Below are positions 11,896-21,786 of a stretch of 64,000 bases of DNA, one piece after another. The notes under the pieces were generated by a model. The model ran no database searches and was not told where the DNA came from. It worked only from the letters and a program-made list of their open reading frames with translations. A program made the translations under genes and the position numbers. Source of the DNA: Prasinococcaceae sp. CCMP 1430 (lineage: Eukaryota; Plantae; Prasinodermophyta); the NCBI GenBank assembly GCA_013416795.1, contig RQSC01000014.1, positions 514,339-578,338 on the forward strand, read 5' to 3'. The first letter of the stretch is position 1. Each line of letters opens with the position of its first letter.

Positions 11896-13160
11896 TCATT
11901 CCGAGTCGGGGAGCTGGGGCATTGCACGCGAAGGGCGGCCGTACCCGGCCCGCTGGCTCTCTTCGACGCCAGCCATCGTGGCGATCGCCTCCTCAGTGGT
12001 GCGCAGTGGGCGCCGCAAAGGTGACATCGGCGCCGAGATCCCTGCGGCAGCGATGTGCCCTGGCGACCTGCTTCCCCACGCCTCCCCCCCGATCGAACGC
12101 TGCGCGCTGCGTGCAGCAATCCACTGCGCGCGCTTGAAGGCCGGGTCCTCGCTGCCTCTCACCGCTCTGAGCCGATCCGCCTCGACCTTGACGCGGACCT
12201 CGCGAGCGGTGGCGAGGTTGTGCTCCCGCTCCTCCGCGGCGCGCGCGCGCGCCTCCACCTCGCGCGCATGCGCGCCACGCATCGCGCGGATGTGCTCGCC
12301 TGCGGCTCGCGCCTCGCTGAACATGTCACTGACGCGCTGTCCCGGGTCGGGCACGAACACCGAGCCGCCGTACTCGTCTGCACGCAGCCCGAACGCGGGG
12401 GCGTATCTCGAGCCTCTCGCCATCTTCTCGCGCGCCTCGCGCGGCTTGAATTCGTACGAGCCCACCCGCCCCGAGTAGGCAGTCCGCATGGGCGTATCGG
12501 CGGCCTCCCGCGCTTGACACTCTAGTATGCGCCGGATCTTGTCGGGCGTGAGGCCCTCGGTGCGCTGGCGGCGGGCGCCGCGCGCTCGCGCGACAGCTGC
12601 AGCCTCCGCCGCGGCGCGCTCGGAGGCGGCCGCCTCTGCATGTAGGCGCTCCGCCGCTGCGCGCGCGTCGTGTGCCGTCGCCGCGGCGCGCGCTCGCAAT
12701 GCGGGTCGTCGCCGCCGCCGCCAGCGGGGCTTCTGGCGGCCGTCGACGGCGCCGTCGCCGCGCCGGCGGTGTCCCGACGGCGCCGGGTGATGCGCCCGCC
12801 CGTGGGTGCTCCCGGCGCGCCGTCGTCCTCTGCAAACGAAAGGAACGCGTCCGCATTGACTTGCGCGTGGCCCCACGCGCGATGCACGATGGGCGGCGGC
12901 CGCTCGCCGCGGCGGCGGCGGCGGCGACGACGACGACGACGACGGCCTTCCTTGCGAGAGGACGTGCCGGGTGGCCCCTCCGCGGGCTCGCCCTCAGCGC
13001 TCGATCCGTCGGAGTCGCCTCCCGAGTCCGAGTAGTCGCCTCCCGAGTCCGAGCCGGAGCGCGCGCCCGCGTCATCGCCACCTCCGTCGCCGCCCCCGTC
13101 GCTCCCGCCGCCGCAGCACCTGGTGCAGGGGCGGAAGCACCTGCCGAGCATTGCGCCCAT
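11896..13160 (-). CDS. Unknown protein with putative N-terminal myristoylation/palmitoylation signal and Ala/Arg-rich helical C-half; needs an intron or indel to join two frames
   Basis: ATG at 13160 ([16 protein letters not shown], then Gly/Asp/Ser-rich). The protein-like C-terminal part ([13 protein letters not shown]...[15 protein letters not shown]) is in the 11896-12876 frame. Confidence 0.55.
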
Positions 13161-13388
13161 CTCCGCGGCGGAGGGGAACGAGACGGGGGGCGACCGGGCG
13201 GCGGCCGGGCCGACGCGTGCGCCCTACCGCATACCTGCTCCCCTTCCCCCTACCTCCCCTCGCCGTCCTCCGCTGCGTCGCCTGGCGCACGCCCCGCTCG
13301 CACGCACGCCGCGGCTGTGGCGCGCCCGCGCCCGTTCCCCCCTGCGCGCGCGCGGGGCCCGAGCGCGAGCGCGCGCGACCGGCGTCCT

Positions 13389-13580
13389 ATGGAGAGCCAC
13401 CAGCCCGTGTCGTTCGCGAGCGGGGCGGGGTACGGCGCGTCGGGCACGCCCTACATTTGCGGCGACTGCGGCGCCGAGAACAAGATCAAGCAGGGAGACG
13501 TCATCCAGTGCCGCGAGTGCGGCTACCGCATCCTCTACAAGAAGCGCACCACCAAGATCGTGCAGTACGAGGCGCGCTAG
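13389..13580 (+). CDS. RPB12: RNA polymerase I/II/III shared subunit RPABC4 (RPB12), 63 aa
   Basis: [42 protein letters not shown] is the canonical zinc-ribbon C-terminus. Confidence 0.97.
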   Translation: MESHQPVSFASGAGYGASGTPYICGDCGAENKIKQGDVIQCRECGYRILYKKRTTKIVQYEAR

Positions 13581-13826
13581 GCGGGGCGCGGAGCGCGCCG
13601 CGGGGCGACGGCTAGGGCGCGCGGGCGGCGGGGACAGGGGTAGCCGGTAGCAAGTGGGGGAAGGGGGGGGCGGGGGAAAAAGAGGGTGCTTGGGAGGCCG
13701 GCGTCGGCTCAGGCGGCGACGCGCGCAGAGGAGGAGAGCGCCGTAGCCGCCGAGGCGCGCGGGCCACCAGCGGGTCGAGATCATGCGCGTGGCGGCGGGC
13801 GGGGCGGCGGCGAGCGGTACACGTAC

Positions 13827-14807
13827 ATGGGCCACGACGTCGGCGCCGAGCGCGGCTCGATGATCAACAGACAGGGCCTGAGGCTGGCGACGTACACGTG
13901 GCGGTGCCGCCGGGGGCCGCCGCGCGGCGTGGTGGTGGCCGCGCACGGCCTCGACGTGCACGCCAAGTTCGACATGCTCAAGGCCAGCGAGCCGGGCAAG
14001 CCGCACGTGACCAACACAGGCGTCGCCGGCGCGCTCTCCGGCGCGCACGGCCCCGCCGCCGAGCGGCCCGACTTCGCGTGCTGCGACGTGATCGGATTGG
14101 ATCACCAGTCGTACGGCGAGTCGGAGGGCGCGCTCGGGCCGAAGTACCGCTCCTTCTTCTGGAGCTTCCAGGACCTCGTGGAGGACTTCGCGCAGCTCAT
14201 CACTCAAATCCGCGCGGAGCCGCGCTACGAGGGCCTGCCGGTGTTCCTCAAGGGCAGCTCGCTGGGAGGCGGTGTCTGCCTGGCCATCGCGGCGACGCGA
14301 CCCGATCTCCTCGACGGCTTCGTGCTGGTGGCGCCGCTCATCACGCTGGATCGCGTCAAGTCGCAGTCGTGGAACCCCTACCTTCGACCGCTGGCGGGGC
14401 TCATCAGTCGCATCTACCCCACGCTGCCTGCGGGAACGAAGAGCCCCAACCCCAACAGAACGCAGTACGAGGAGTTCGAGGTGGACGAGCAGACGCACAA
14501 GGGAATGGTGCGCGCGCGCGTGGCCACCGAGGTGCTCAACTACACCGACGCCGTGGTGGAGCTGCTGCCGCGCGTCACCGCGCCCTTCCTCGTCCTGCAC
14601 TCGCCCGGCGACAACATGACCGAGTTCGCCGGCTCGCAAATGCTCATGGAACTCGCGGCCACGCCCGCCGAGCTCAAGCGGCTGGATGCCATCGACGGGT
14701 GGCACGCTGTCCTGCACGAGAAGGACGGCCACAAACACATTGCCACCATTGCTGAGTGGGTGGCGGAGCGCGTCGCCGCGCACGAGGCCAAAGGCGCTCA
14801 GCAATAG
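13827..14807 (+). CDS. Alpha/beta hydrolase, Hydrolase_4 family (monoacylglycerol lipase/lysophospholipase-like)
   Basis: HG motif, DHQSYGESEG, nucleophile elbow GSSLGG, HSPGD acid and WH histidine. The start codon is tentative. Confidence 0.9.
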   Translation: MGHDVGAERGSMINRQGLRLATYTWRCRRGPPRGVVVAAHGLDVHAKFDMLKASEPGKPHVTNTGVAGALSGAHGPAAERPDFACCDVIGLDHQSYGESEGALGPKYRSFFWSFQDLVEDFAQLITQIRAEPRYEGLPVFLKGSSLGGGVCLAIAATRPDLLDGFVLVAPLITLDRVKSQSWNPYLRPLAGLISRIYPTLPAGTKSPNPNRTQYEEFEVDEQTHKGMVRARVATEVLNYTDAVVELLPRVTAPFLVLHSPGDNMTEFAGSQMLMELAATPAELKRLDAIDGWHAVLHEKDGHKHIATIAEWVAERVAAHEAKGAQQ

Positions 14808-14985
14808 CTCGAGCCAGCGATAGCTCGAGCTCCTGCGCGTCGATTCGAGCGCGCGCGGATCAGCGGCGCACCCTGCGGCGGTGGGAGCAGCGGCGCCGAC
14901 AGCAGCTACTCGTAAATCAGTTGCTCGAGCACGAGGTCGCTCCTCTGCGCATTTTTACGTTTCGTGTCGCGGGGTGCGGCTGCTG

Positions 14986-15008
14986 CCCCCCCCCCCCCCC
15001 CCCCCCCT
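14986..15008. repeat. Poly-C homopolymer (23 nt) in the convergent 3' spacer
   Basis: Counted directly from the sequence. Confidence 0.9.
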
Positions 15009-15031
15009 TCCTGCGCCTGCGAGGTGGCTCG

Positions 15032-18000
15032 TCAGTCGGCGACGCCGAACGCTGAGAGCACCGCCTCGAATGCCGCGCTGGCACGCGCCATCGCCAGCAT
15101 GCGCTCGCGGAGGTCCTTCTTGCGCTGGGGTTTCTCTGCGGCGAGTTTTTCCTTCCCGATCGTCGCGGCCGCTGCAACCTGCTCCATTGGCGTCATGGTT
15201 TCGAAGCGCGGCTTGCGCGGACGGCCCGGCCCGCGCCTCCTGGGCTCCCCGGCGGCGCCACCACCTTCGCCCGCGGCGATGATGTCGGCCTTCGTCGCGT
15301 ACTGCGCTGCGTGCACGCCGGTGAGTGCCATCACCTTGGACACCGGGACCAACCCGCACAGCTGCTGCTGTGGCATGTCTTCCCTGCGCTGGCGCTTGCC
15401 GCCGCGCCCGTTGGCGTCTGCGGCGCGCGCGCGCCCCCCAGCGCGCTCACGCTTGCGCTGTGCCTGTGCCTCCATGTACGCCTCCTCCTCCTCAGGCCGC
15501 ACGATGTCCCACACCTCCTCGTCGGCGCTGTGCGATCGCACGCACTGCACGGCGCGGACGACAGAGCATCGCGCCGCGGACACGTCGATCTCGCGCGCTT
15601 GCCCCTCCGGCACCACCTGCCAGCGCGGGCGCCCCAGGCGCTCCTTAGCCGTGCGTGCCTCGCGATCCGTGAAGACGCCCACGTCGTGCACCGGCAGCAG
15701 ATGCACCCACTGCATGTCGGGGATGTAGTGGTAGACGAAGTAGTACTTGTGCGCGTAGCACGGCGGGAGGCCCTCCACCTCGACAACCTTGTTGTACAAG
15801 TTGGTCGCGCGCTTCCCACGCACCAGACGGCCGTTCTGACCACGCACCGCGAGTTTGGCAGCGGGGGACGAGTGCGTGATGCCCTCGTTGTCGCGCTCTG
15901 CCATCCGCGCCGTCGCGGCGGCCACCTCGTTGGGCTTGCACGCCACGGGCTCCGGATGTGCCTTGACGTGCTTGGCCGTCAATTCGTCGAGCACGTCCTG
16001 CCGCACCTTTCCGTCGGCGTCCAGCCCATCGGCGCCACGCAGCGCCATGGCTGGGCGCGCCGCCCGCACGAGGCGTTTACGAAGAGCCGCGAGCGCTGGC
16101 GTTACCTGCGCAGTGCCCTTCGCTGGCGTCTTCTTTCGCGATCCAGACCTGGTGGTCTTCCTCTTGGACGTTCCCGGCGTGGCCGCTGCCGAGGCGAGCG
16201 TCTCGTCCGCAGCCTGTTGGCGTGCCTGCTGGTCCGAATCCTGCTGCTGCTGCTGCTGCTCCTTGCCGCCGCCCGCCGAGCCGAACATGTGGTCGTCCTC
16301 AGCCAGCTCGTCGGCGTGCTCGACGCGCGAGTCGCGCACTGCGGCCGCAGCGTCGTCGGCGTCCTCATATATGCCGAGGTAATAGTTGTGCCCCTCGGCG
16401 GTTGAGTGTTTCGCGGCGAAGCGACGCCCGCGAGGCACCACGCCGTCGCCCGGGGCACTTGCCACGCATGCGTCGCGAGACGCAACGCCGCTCTCAGCCG
16501 CAAGCTGCTCATCGCTCGGTTTGGCCAGGCGCATCACCATCATGATTGAGGGAAACTGATCCTCTACCAGCTGGTCGGGGAACGTCCAGTGGCAATAGCC
16601 GAGCACGTCAGGATCCCTGTACGCTTCAGCGACGTACGCCGGGTGGTCCATGATCGGCGCCTTGACGCCGCTGTGCGCGGGCTCATCCTGATCGGGCGGC
16701 GTGCCGGTCGTGTTGTCGCTGTCATCCTCACGCGTGCCGCGGCGCACAAACTGCGGCAGCGCTTTCTGCCACCGCGCCAGGATGGCCTTGCCCTGCTCGA
16801 GCATGAGCGCTGCTGACTGGTGATACACGCTGTCTTCAGGATTGTATTCCATGGCATTCTTGCAAATCGTGGCGAAGTCGGCCTCGAATTGGCCGAAGGA
16901 CTCGTACCGGCCCGTCTGCACAAACGCCAGCATGTCGAGGAAGGCCAGCGGGCGCTTGATGCGCTTCGCGTAGTCCCAGAGCTCGTCGGTGTCCACGGGC
17001 GACTGGAAGACGCCGTGCTCGTCGAGCGCGCGCAGCTGCTTGAGGCAGTCGCGAAGCGACTTGTGAAGCCAGTACATGCGCGGCGCCCAGATCGCGCCCG
17101 AGGACTCGCGCACCACCTTGAGGCGGGCGGGCGGCTTGATGGTCGGTTTGGCCGTGCTCGGGTGCGCACGGACGGCCACACCCGGAATGTGCACCACATC
17201 CTCGCCGGCAGTTTCCTTGCGCGCTTCAATCTCGGCCACGGGTCTGTAGCAGGCCATGCCGCCGCAGCGGCGGAATCCCATGGACTCGTAGAACGGCACC
17301 GACGAGTCCGTGGCCTGCAGGCAGACGTACTCGTACTCGCTCTCGGCCGCCAGCTCGTCGAGCGTCGCCTGCAGCACCGCGCGCCCACAGCCAAGGCCGC
17401 CGAGCAGCGAAATCTCCGCCACCTTGCGCCAGATGACGCCCTCCTCGTCAGGGTCGCCGAAGCGGGGCGTCTGTTCCAGCTCGGCAGCCAACACGCCGCT
17501 GGCATCGCACTTGCGGTGGCGCCAGTCGTCGCGCGTGATGCCGCTGAGCGCGCAGGCGCTGTCCCAACGGAACCACGGCTGCCAGGTCGTGAACGTCGTC
17601 ACCGTCACGAAGCCCTGCAGCCAACCCTGCGCCCGCGTTCTGACCGCGTAACCGAACATCGGGTCGTCGGTGTCGATGCGGTCGAGGATGAACTCCAGCA
17701 GCAACGGCTTGGCCTCCTGCCCACCGGCCGACCGCTTTCTGTCCGAGTCCTCCGCATCGGCCTGCCTCTTCTCGTCCTCGAGGTCCTTGAGGCGCAGCTT
17801 CGCGTCGAGGGCGTCCTGCGTGTACACGTCATCGCCGGTGTCGCTCTTTTGCGTGCCCGCAACGACGATCGCCTCCTGCTCCTCGACCGCTGCGCGCCAG
17901 ATCTGCTCGCGCGCGCGCTTCGCCGCACGTTCGGCGTCGCGCTCCTTGCGTTGCCGCCGCCACGCTGCCTCGTTGCACAGCTGCAGTATCTCGGCGAGCA

Positions 18001-18241
18001 TGGCCTTCCACTCGCTGCGCTCGGTGACGCGTACGGCCACCGAGCCCTCCAGCGGCGCCTCGCCTCCACGCGCGCTCCCCCTGGCGGCGGGTACGAGCTC
18101 GAAATCGTACGGCGCGTCCGCGACGCGCCCGCACAGCCGCCTGCGCGAGCTCAGCTCGAGGTCGCGCTGCGTTAGCTCGAGCGCCCCCTCGTCGGCCGCC
18201 CCGCCTCCGTCGGCGGGCTGCGCGTCCTTGTCGGCACCCAT
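15032..18241 (-). CDS. GNAT acetyltransferase + bromodomain + AP2-like + unknown beta domain + AT-hook protein, 1069 aa
   Basis: GNAT (EISLLGGLGCGRAVL...YVCLQATDSSVPFYESMGF); bromodomain (HGVFQSPVD...DYAKRIKRP...CKNAMEYN); RRFAAKH...YYLGIYEDADDAAAA; RRRGPGRPRKP. Confidence 0.85.
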   Translation of the reverse strand: MGADKDAQPADGGGAADEGALELTQRDLELSSRRRLCGRVADAPYDFELVPAARGSARGGEAPLEGSVAVRVTERSEWKAMLAEILQLCNEAAWRRQRKERDAERAAKRAREQIWRAAVEEQEAIVVAGTQKSDTGDDVYTQDALDAKLRLKDLEDEKRQADAEDSDRKRSAGGQEAKPLLLEFILDRIDTDDPMFGYAVRTRAQGWLQGFVTVTTFTTWQPWFRWDSACALSGITRDDWRHRKCDASGVLAAELEQTPRFGDPDEEGVIWRKVAEISLLGGLGCGRAVLQATLDELAAESEYEYVCLQATDSSVPFYESMGFRRCGGMACYRPVAEIEARKETAGEDVVHIPGVAVRAHPSTAKPTIKPPARLKVVRESSGAIWAPRMYWLHKSLRDCLKQLRALDEHGVFQSPVDTDELWDYAKRIKRPLAFLDMLAFVQTGRYESFGQFEADFATICKNAMEYNPEDSVYHQSAALMLEQGKAILARWQKALPQFVRRGTREDDSDNTTGTPPDQDEPAHSGVKAPIMDHPAYVAEAYRDPDVLGYCHWTFPDQLVEDQFPSIMMVMRLAKPSDEQLAAESGVASRDACVASAPGDGVVPRGRRFAAKHSTAEGHNYYLGIYEDADDAAAAVRDSRVEHADELAEDDHMFGSAGGGKEQQQQQQDSDQQARQQAADETLASAAATPGTSKRKTTRSGSRKKTPAKGTAQVTPALAALRKRLVRAARPAMALRGADGLDADGKVRQDVLDELTAKHVKAHPEPVACKPNEVAAATARMAERDNEGITHSSPAAKLAVRGQNGRLVRGKRATNLYNKVVEVEGLPPCYAHKYYFVYHYIPDMQWVHLLPVHDVGVFTDREARTAKERLGRPRWQVVPEGQAREIDVSAARCSVVRAVQCVRSHSADEEVWDIVRPEEEEAYMEAQAQRKRERAGGRARAADANGRGGKRQRREDMPQQQLCGLVPVSKVMALTGVHAAQYATKADIIAAGEGGGAAGEPRRRGPGRPRKPRFETMTPMEQVAAAATIGKEKLAAEKPQRKKDLRERMLAMARASAAFEAVLSAFGVAD

Positions 18242-18469
18242 GATCGCAGCAGCAGCAGCAGCACCGGCAGTGGCAGGACGAGGAGAAGGACGTGCAGGAG
18301 CAGGAGCAGGCCCCTAATGCCCTGTCACGCGGCCGCTCGCCCACCGCCGCCGCTTCCGCCGACTGCGAACGCCGTCGCACACAGGCTCGCCCGCGTGGGC
18401 CTGCGCCCTCCCTCCCTCTGGCCCGCGCGCGCGCCCTTCGCTTCGCGGCGCGCGCGCTCGCCGCCGCGG

Positions 18470-18885
18470 NNNNNNNNNNNNNNNNNNNNNNNNNNNNNNN
18501 NNNNNNNNNNNNNNNNNNNNNNNNNNNNNNNNNNNNNNNNNNNNNNNNNNNNNNNNNNNNNNNNNNNNNNNNNNNNNNNNNNNNNNNNNNNNNNNNNNNN
18601 NNNNNNNNNNNNNNNNNNNNNNNNNNNNNNNNNNNNNNNNNNNNNNNNNNNNNNNNNNNNNNNNNNNNNNNNNNNNNNNNNNNNNNNNNNNNNNNNNNNN
18701 NNNNNNNNNNNNNNNNNNNNNNNNNNNNNNNNNNNNNNNNNNNNNNNNNNNNNNNNNNNNNNNNNNNNNNNNNNNNNNNNNNNNNNNNNNNNNNNNNNNN
18801 NNNNNNNNNNNNNNNNNNNNNNNNNNNNNNNNNNNNNNNNNNNNNNNNNNNNNNNNNNNNNNNNNNNNNNNNNNNNNNNNNNNNN
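18470..18885. other. Assembly gap (416 N) in the divergent promoter region
   Basis: Run of N. Confidence 0.99.
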
Positions 18886-19096
18886 GCGCGAACCCGGGTG
18901 TGGCGCGGGGCTCGCGGCGCCCAGACCGCGCCGGGGCGCGCGCATCCCCCCCCCCCACACACACACACACCCCCACCACGCCTGCCTCCTTGCCGGGCCC
19001 ACACCGCGCTCGCCCAGCGGGGCGGGTGGGTGGGGTGGGGTGGAGTGGGGGGGGTGTAGAGGTGCTGGGGTGAGTGCTGGGAGGGAGGGGGAGGCG

Positions 19097-21733
19097 ATGC
19101 GGCGGCGGGGGACGCCGCCCGCCCGCGCTCTCCTCGCGCGGCTTCGGGCGTTCGCCCTGGCCTCGGCGCTCACGCTGGCGCTCGCGCGGTGCGCCGGGGG
19201 GCTCTCGCTGCCGACGGTGCTGCCGAGCCGCAGCGGCGTCACGCCCGTGCTCTTCAAGGCCGAGCGCGGCGCGCCAGGCGCGAACGTCGAGGGCGTGTCC
19301 GGCGGAGCGAGCGGGGGGGGCGGAGCGGGGGACGGGGCGCGAGCTCGACGAGGCGGCGAAGGGGCGGGCGATGCGGTCGACCTGGGGCCAGTTGCGTTCG
19401 CAGGCAGGGGGGCGCGCTCGGTGCTGGCCTACGGCCACGCGGCAATCACGCGCAGGTGGGGTGCAGGCGCGGGCGGAGTGGACGGGGCGGGCGCAGCGCC
19501 GGCTCGCGAGCGCGTCCTCGTAGCGTGGATGTGTGGGGAGGGATACATTCCCCGCTGCGATGCGCGTTGGCGCCGCGCCGCGCGAAGCGCGCTCGCCGAC
19601 GACGCGGCGGTGCTCGGTACGCTCGCCGACCAATTCGCGCTGGAAACGCTGTTTATCGCGGGGGCGCCGCCGCCAGGCGCGGCGGCGCGAGCTGCGCTCG
19701 CCGCGGAGCGCGATGCGCACGGCGACGTGCTCACAGTGTCGGCTCCCGTGGCCGGCGCCGGCGTGGACCGCCCCGCTGCCCGTGTCGCCTCGCTCGTCAC
19801 GTACATCACACGCTTCTGGCCCGCGCGGCACGCATTCGTCGTCAAGGCCGACTGCGGCGTGCTCGTCCGGCCGGCGCCCCTGCTCAAGGCGGCCCGTGAC
19901 GCGGCGCGCGCGGCTGGCAGTGGCGCGCGCTTGCTAGCAGCGAAATGCATGGAGCCCGTGCGTCGTGGCTCCGACGTGGTGCTCGCGGACAGCGCGTGCT
20001 ATGCGGCGCTGGGCGCGCAGGCGTACATGCCCGGCAAAGAGGCCCGCGGCACGAGCAGGGGCAAGACAAAGCGCGTCGCCGCGTCGCCGAAGCGCGACTC
20101 GTGGGCTGTTTCGCTGCTCAGTTCGTCAGCGCCCCCGGCAGTCGAGGAGGTGATTGCGGCGGCGGCGGCGAACGGCACAGGCCGGAAGGCTCGATTCGCC
20201 GGCGTCGACCCCTCGGCGTACATGCTCGGCTCCGAACTCGTTCGCGTGCTCGCGGAGGCCGTCGCCCCGCGGCACGTCGGCACCTCCGAGGTGGCTTCGA
20301 CGCCCCTCCCAGAGGTTCTCGCGCGCAGCGAGGCAGCGCTCCTCGCGCATGTGCTGCCCGATGCCGTGAGTCCGCGCGCTATGTTGCGCGGATGCGCGGG
20401 ACCGCGCTGCATGCCCGAGCAGACGCAGTGGTGCTCCGCCAGCGACGGCTCCGCGGACAGCCTGGCATTCGTGAGCGAGCTGGGTGCGCATGCCCTCGAT
20501 GGGGTGGCGCGTGCCGTGCGCTCGCTGGGCAAACTGTGCTTTCAAGAGTGCTACGCGGCGGCCAATGAGCTCGCGCGCGGCGCGCAGGCGGTGCGCGCGC
20601 TGCTCGCAAGCCGGACGCCCATTCTTCCAGGCACAGCGTCCGCTATCATGCCGGCCGCAGGCGGACCCAATGAGGCTGATGATGGCGGTGCGCTCTCGGT
20701 GGCAGCGGCCGTGGCCGCCGCGTGTGGACCCATTCGTGCTCCAGGTGAGGGTGTGTCAGAGCTGGCGCTGAATGCGGCGAGCGCTTCCGCGGAAGGGAGT
20801 GGACGCGACATCCCCGCGCTGCTCATTTCGCTCGACGGCGAACGCTCATCTGGCGCGGAGGCACGCCTGCTCGCACGCCACGGAAAAGTGTTGCGTGTAC
20901 CGGCTTTGGACGCGCGCGATGCTGCGGCGGCGGAGCTGGACGCCGCGGCTGCAGGTGCCTCGGCGCTCGTGTCGCTCGGTGTGAACAGCGCTGGCGAAGT
21001 TGGTTGCACCGTGAGCCACCTGCGCGCGGCAGCAATGGTCGTGGCTCTTGATCTTCCTGTCGCCCTGGTCGCGGAAGATGATGCGAGCTTTGAGCTCATC
21101 GATGGGAGCTTTGGAGGTGCCGTCGTACCCGATCTCGCCGAGCTGCCGGCAGATTTTGCCGTGCTGCAGCTTCTCGTCCACGCCTCGTGCGCGGAGCTAG
21201 TCGCTCTCCACTCCGCGTGGCTCGAAGCCGGCAGGCCGAATGCCATGGAGCACGCGCGCGACTCCCACCACAGCACGGGTGCCTACCTGCTTTCGCAGCG
21301 AGGCGCACGAGACATTGTGTCAAGGTTCACGCGTGGCGGCGAGGAAACCGTGCGCGCACTGATGGAGTGGGGGCGGGAGGGGGGCGTTAGCGCCCACGAG
21401 AGCGGGCTCAGTGTATCGGGCGACGCCCGCGCGTTGGCGCGGCTCTCCCGCACTGTTGTCGAGCTTCCGTATGACCTGGCGCTCGGGAGGTGCGCCTCGT
21501 GCGGCGGCTGCGCGACCGCCGATCGCTGTGTTGTATACTCGGCCGAGCACCATACCGGGGGCGTGTATGTGGCAACACCGCCTCGTATGGTAGACACGCT
21601 CGCTGTTGGCGACAGCGGCTCAATCCATGCCAAGAATAAGGCGTATCATCTCGCGAGCAGGGATTTCGTGCTCGCGTGGGCGAGCGCCGCTATGCAGTGT
21701 GATGCACTCGAAGCTGCCGCGGGGACGACCTAG
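19097..21733 (+). CDS. Secreted or type II membrane double glycosyltransferase: GT31-like N-domain + GT25-like C-domain, about 878 aa
   Basis: Hydrophobic N-terminus (LRAFALASALTLALA); LFIAG...ERDAHGDVL...FVVKADCGVLV (GT31-like); LLISL...ALDAR...GEVGCTVSHL...AEDDA...TGAYLLSQRGA (GT25-like). Confidence 0.7.
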   Translation: MRRRGTPPARALLARLRAFALASALTLALARCAGGLSLPTVLPSRSGVTPVLFKAERGAPGANVEGVSGGASGGGGAGDGARARRGGEGAGDAVDLGPVAFAGRGARSVLAYGHAAITRRWGAGAGGVDGAGAAPARERVLVAWMCGEGYIPRCDARWRRAARSALADDAAVLGTLADQFALETLFIAGAPPPGAAARAALAAERDAHGDVLTVSAPVAGAGVDRPAARVASLVTYITRFWPARHAFVVKADCGVLVRPAPLLKAARDAARAAGSGARLLAAKCMEPVRRGSDVVLADSACYAALGAQAYMPGKEARGTSRGKTKRVAASPKRDSWAVSLLSSSAPPAVEEVIAAAAANGTGRKARFAGVDPSAYMLGSELVRVLAEAVAPRHVGTSEVASTPLPEVLARSEAALLAHVLPDAVSPRAMLRGCAGPRCMPEQTQWCSASDGSADSLAFVSELGAHALDGVARAVRSLGKLCFQECYAAANELARGAQAVRALLASRTPILPGTASAIMPAAGGPNEADDGGALSVAAAVAAACGPIRAPGEGVSELALNAASASAEGSGRDIPALLISLDGERSSGAEARLLARHGKVLRVPALDARDAAAAELDAAAAGASALVSLGVNSAGEVGCTVSHLRAAAMVVALDLPVALVAEDDASFELIDGSFGGAVVPDLAELPADFAVLQLLVHASCAELVALHSAWLEAGRPNAMEHARDSHHSTGAYLLSQRGARDIVSRFTRGGEETVRALMEWGREGGVSAHESGLSVSGDARALARLSRTVVELPYDLALGRCASCGGCATADRCVVYSAEHHTGGVYVATPPRMVDTLAVGDSGSIHAKNKAYHLASRDFVLAWASAAMQCDALEAAAGTT

Positions 21734-21786
21734 AGACGGCGGCGCGACCACCATGCGCCAATGCCACATTAATACAACAAGGTACT

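Noticed and set aside
18317-19096. ORFs spanning the N gaps (also 46340-47938 and similar)
   Set aside because: Artefacts of translating through N runs.
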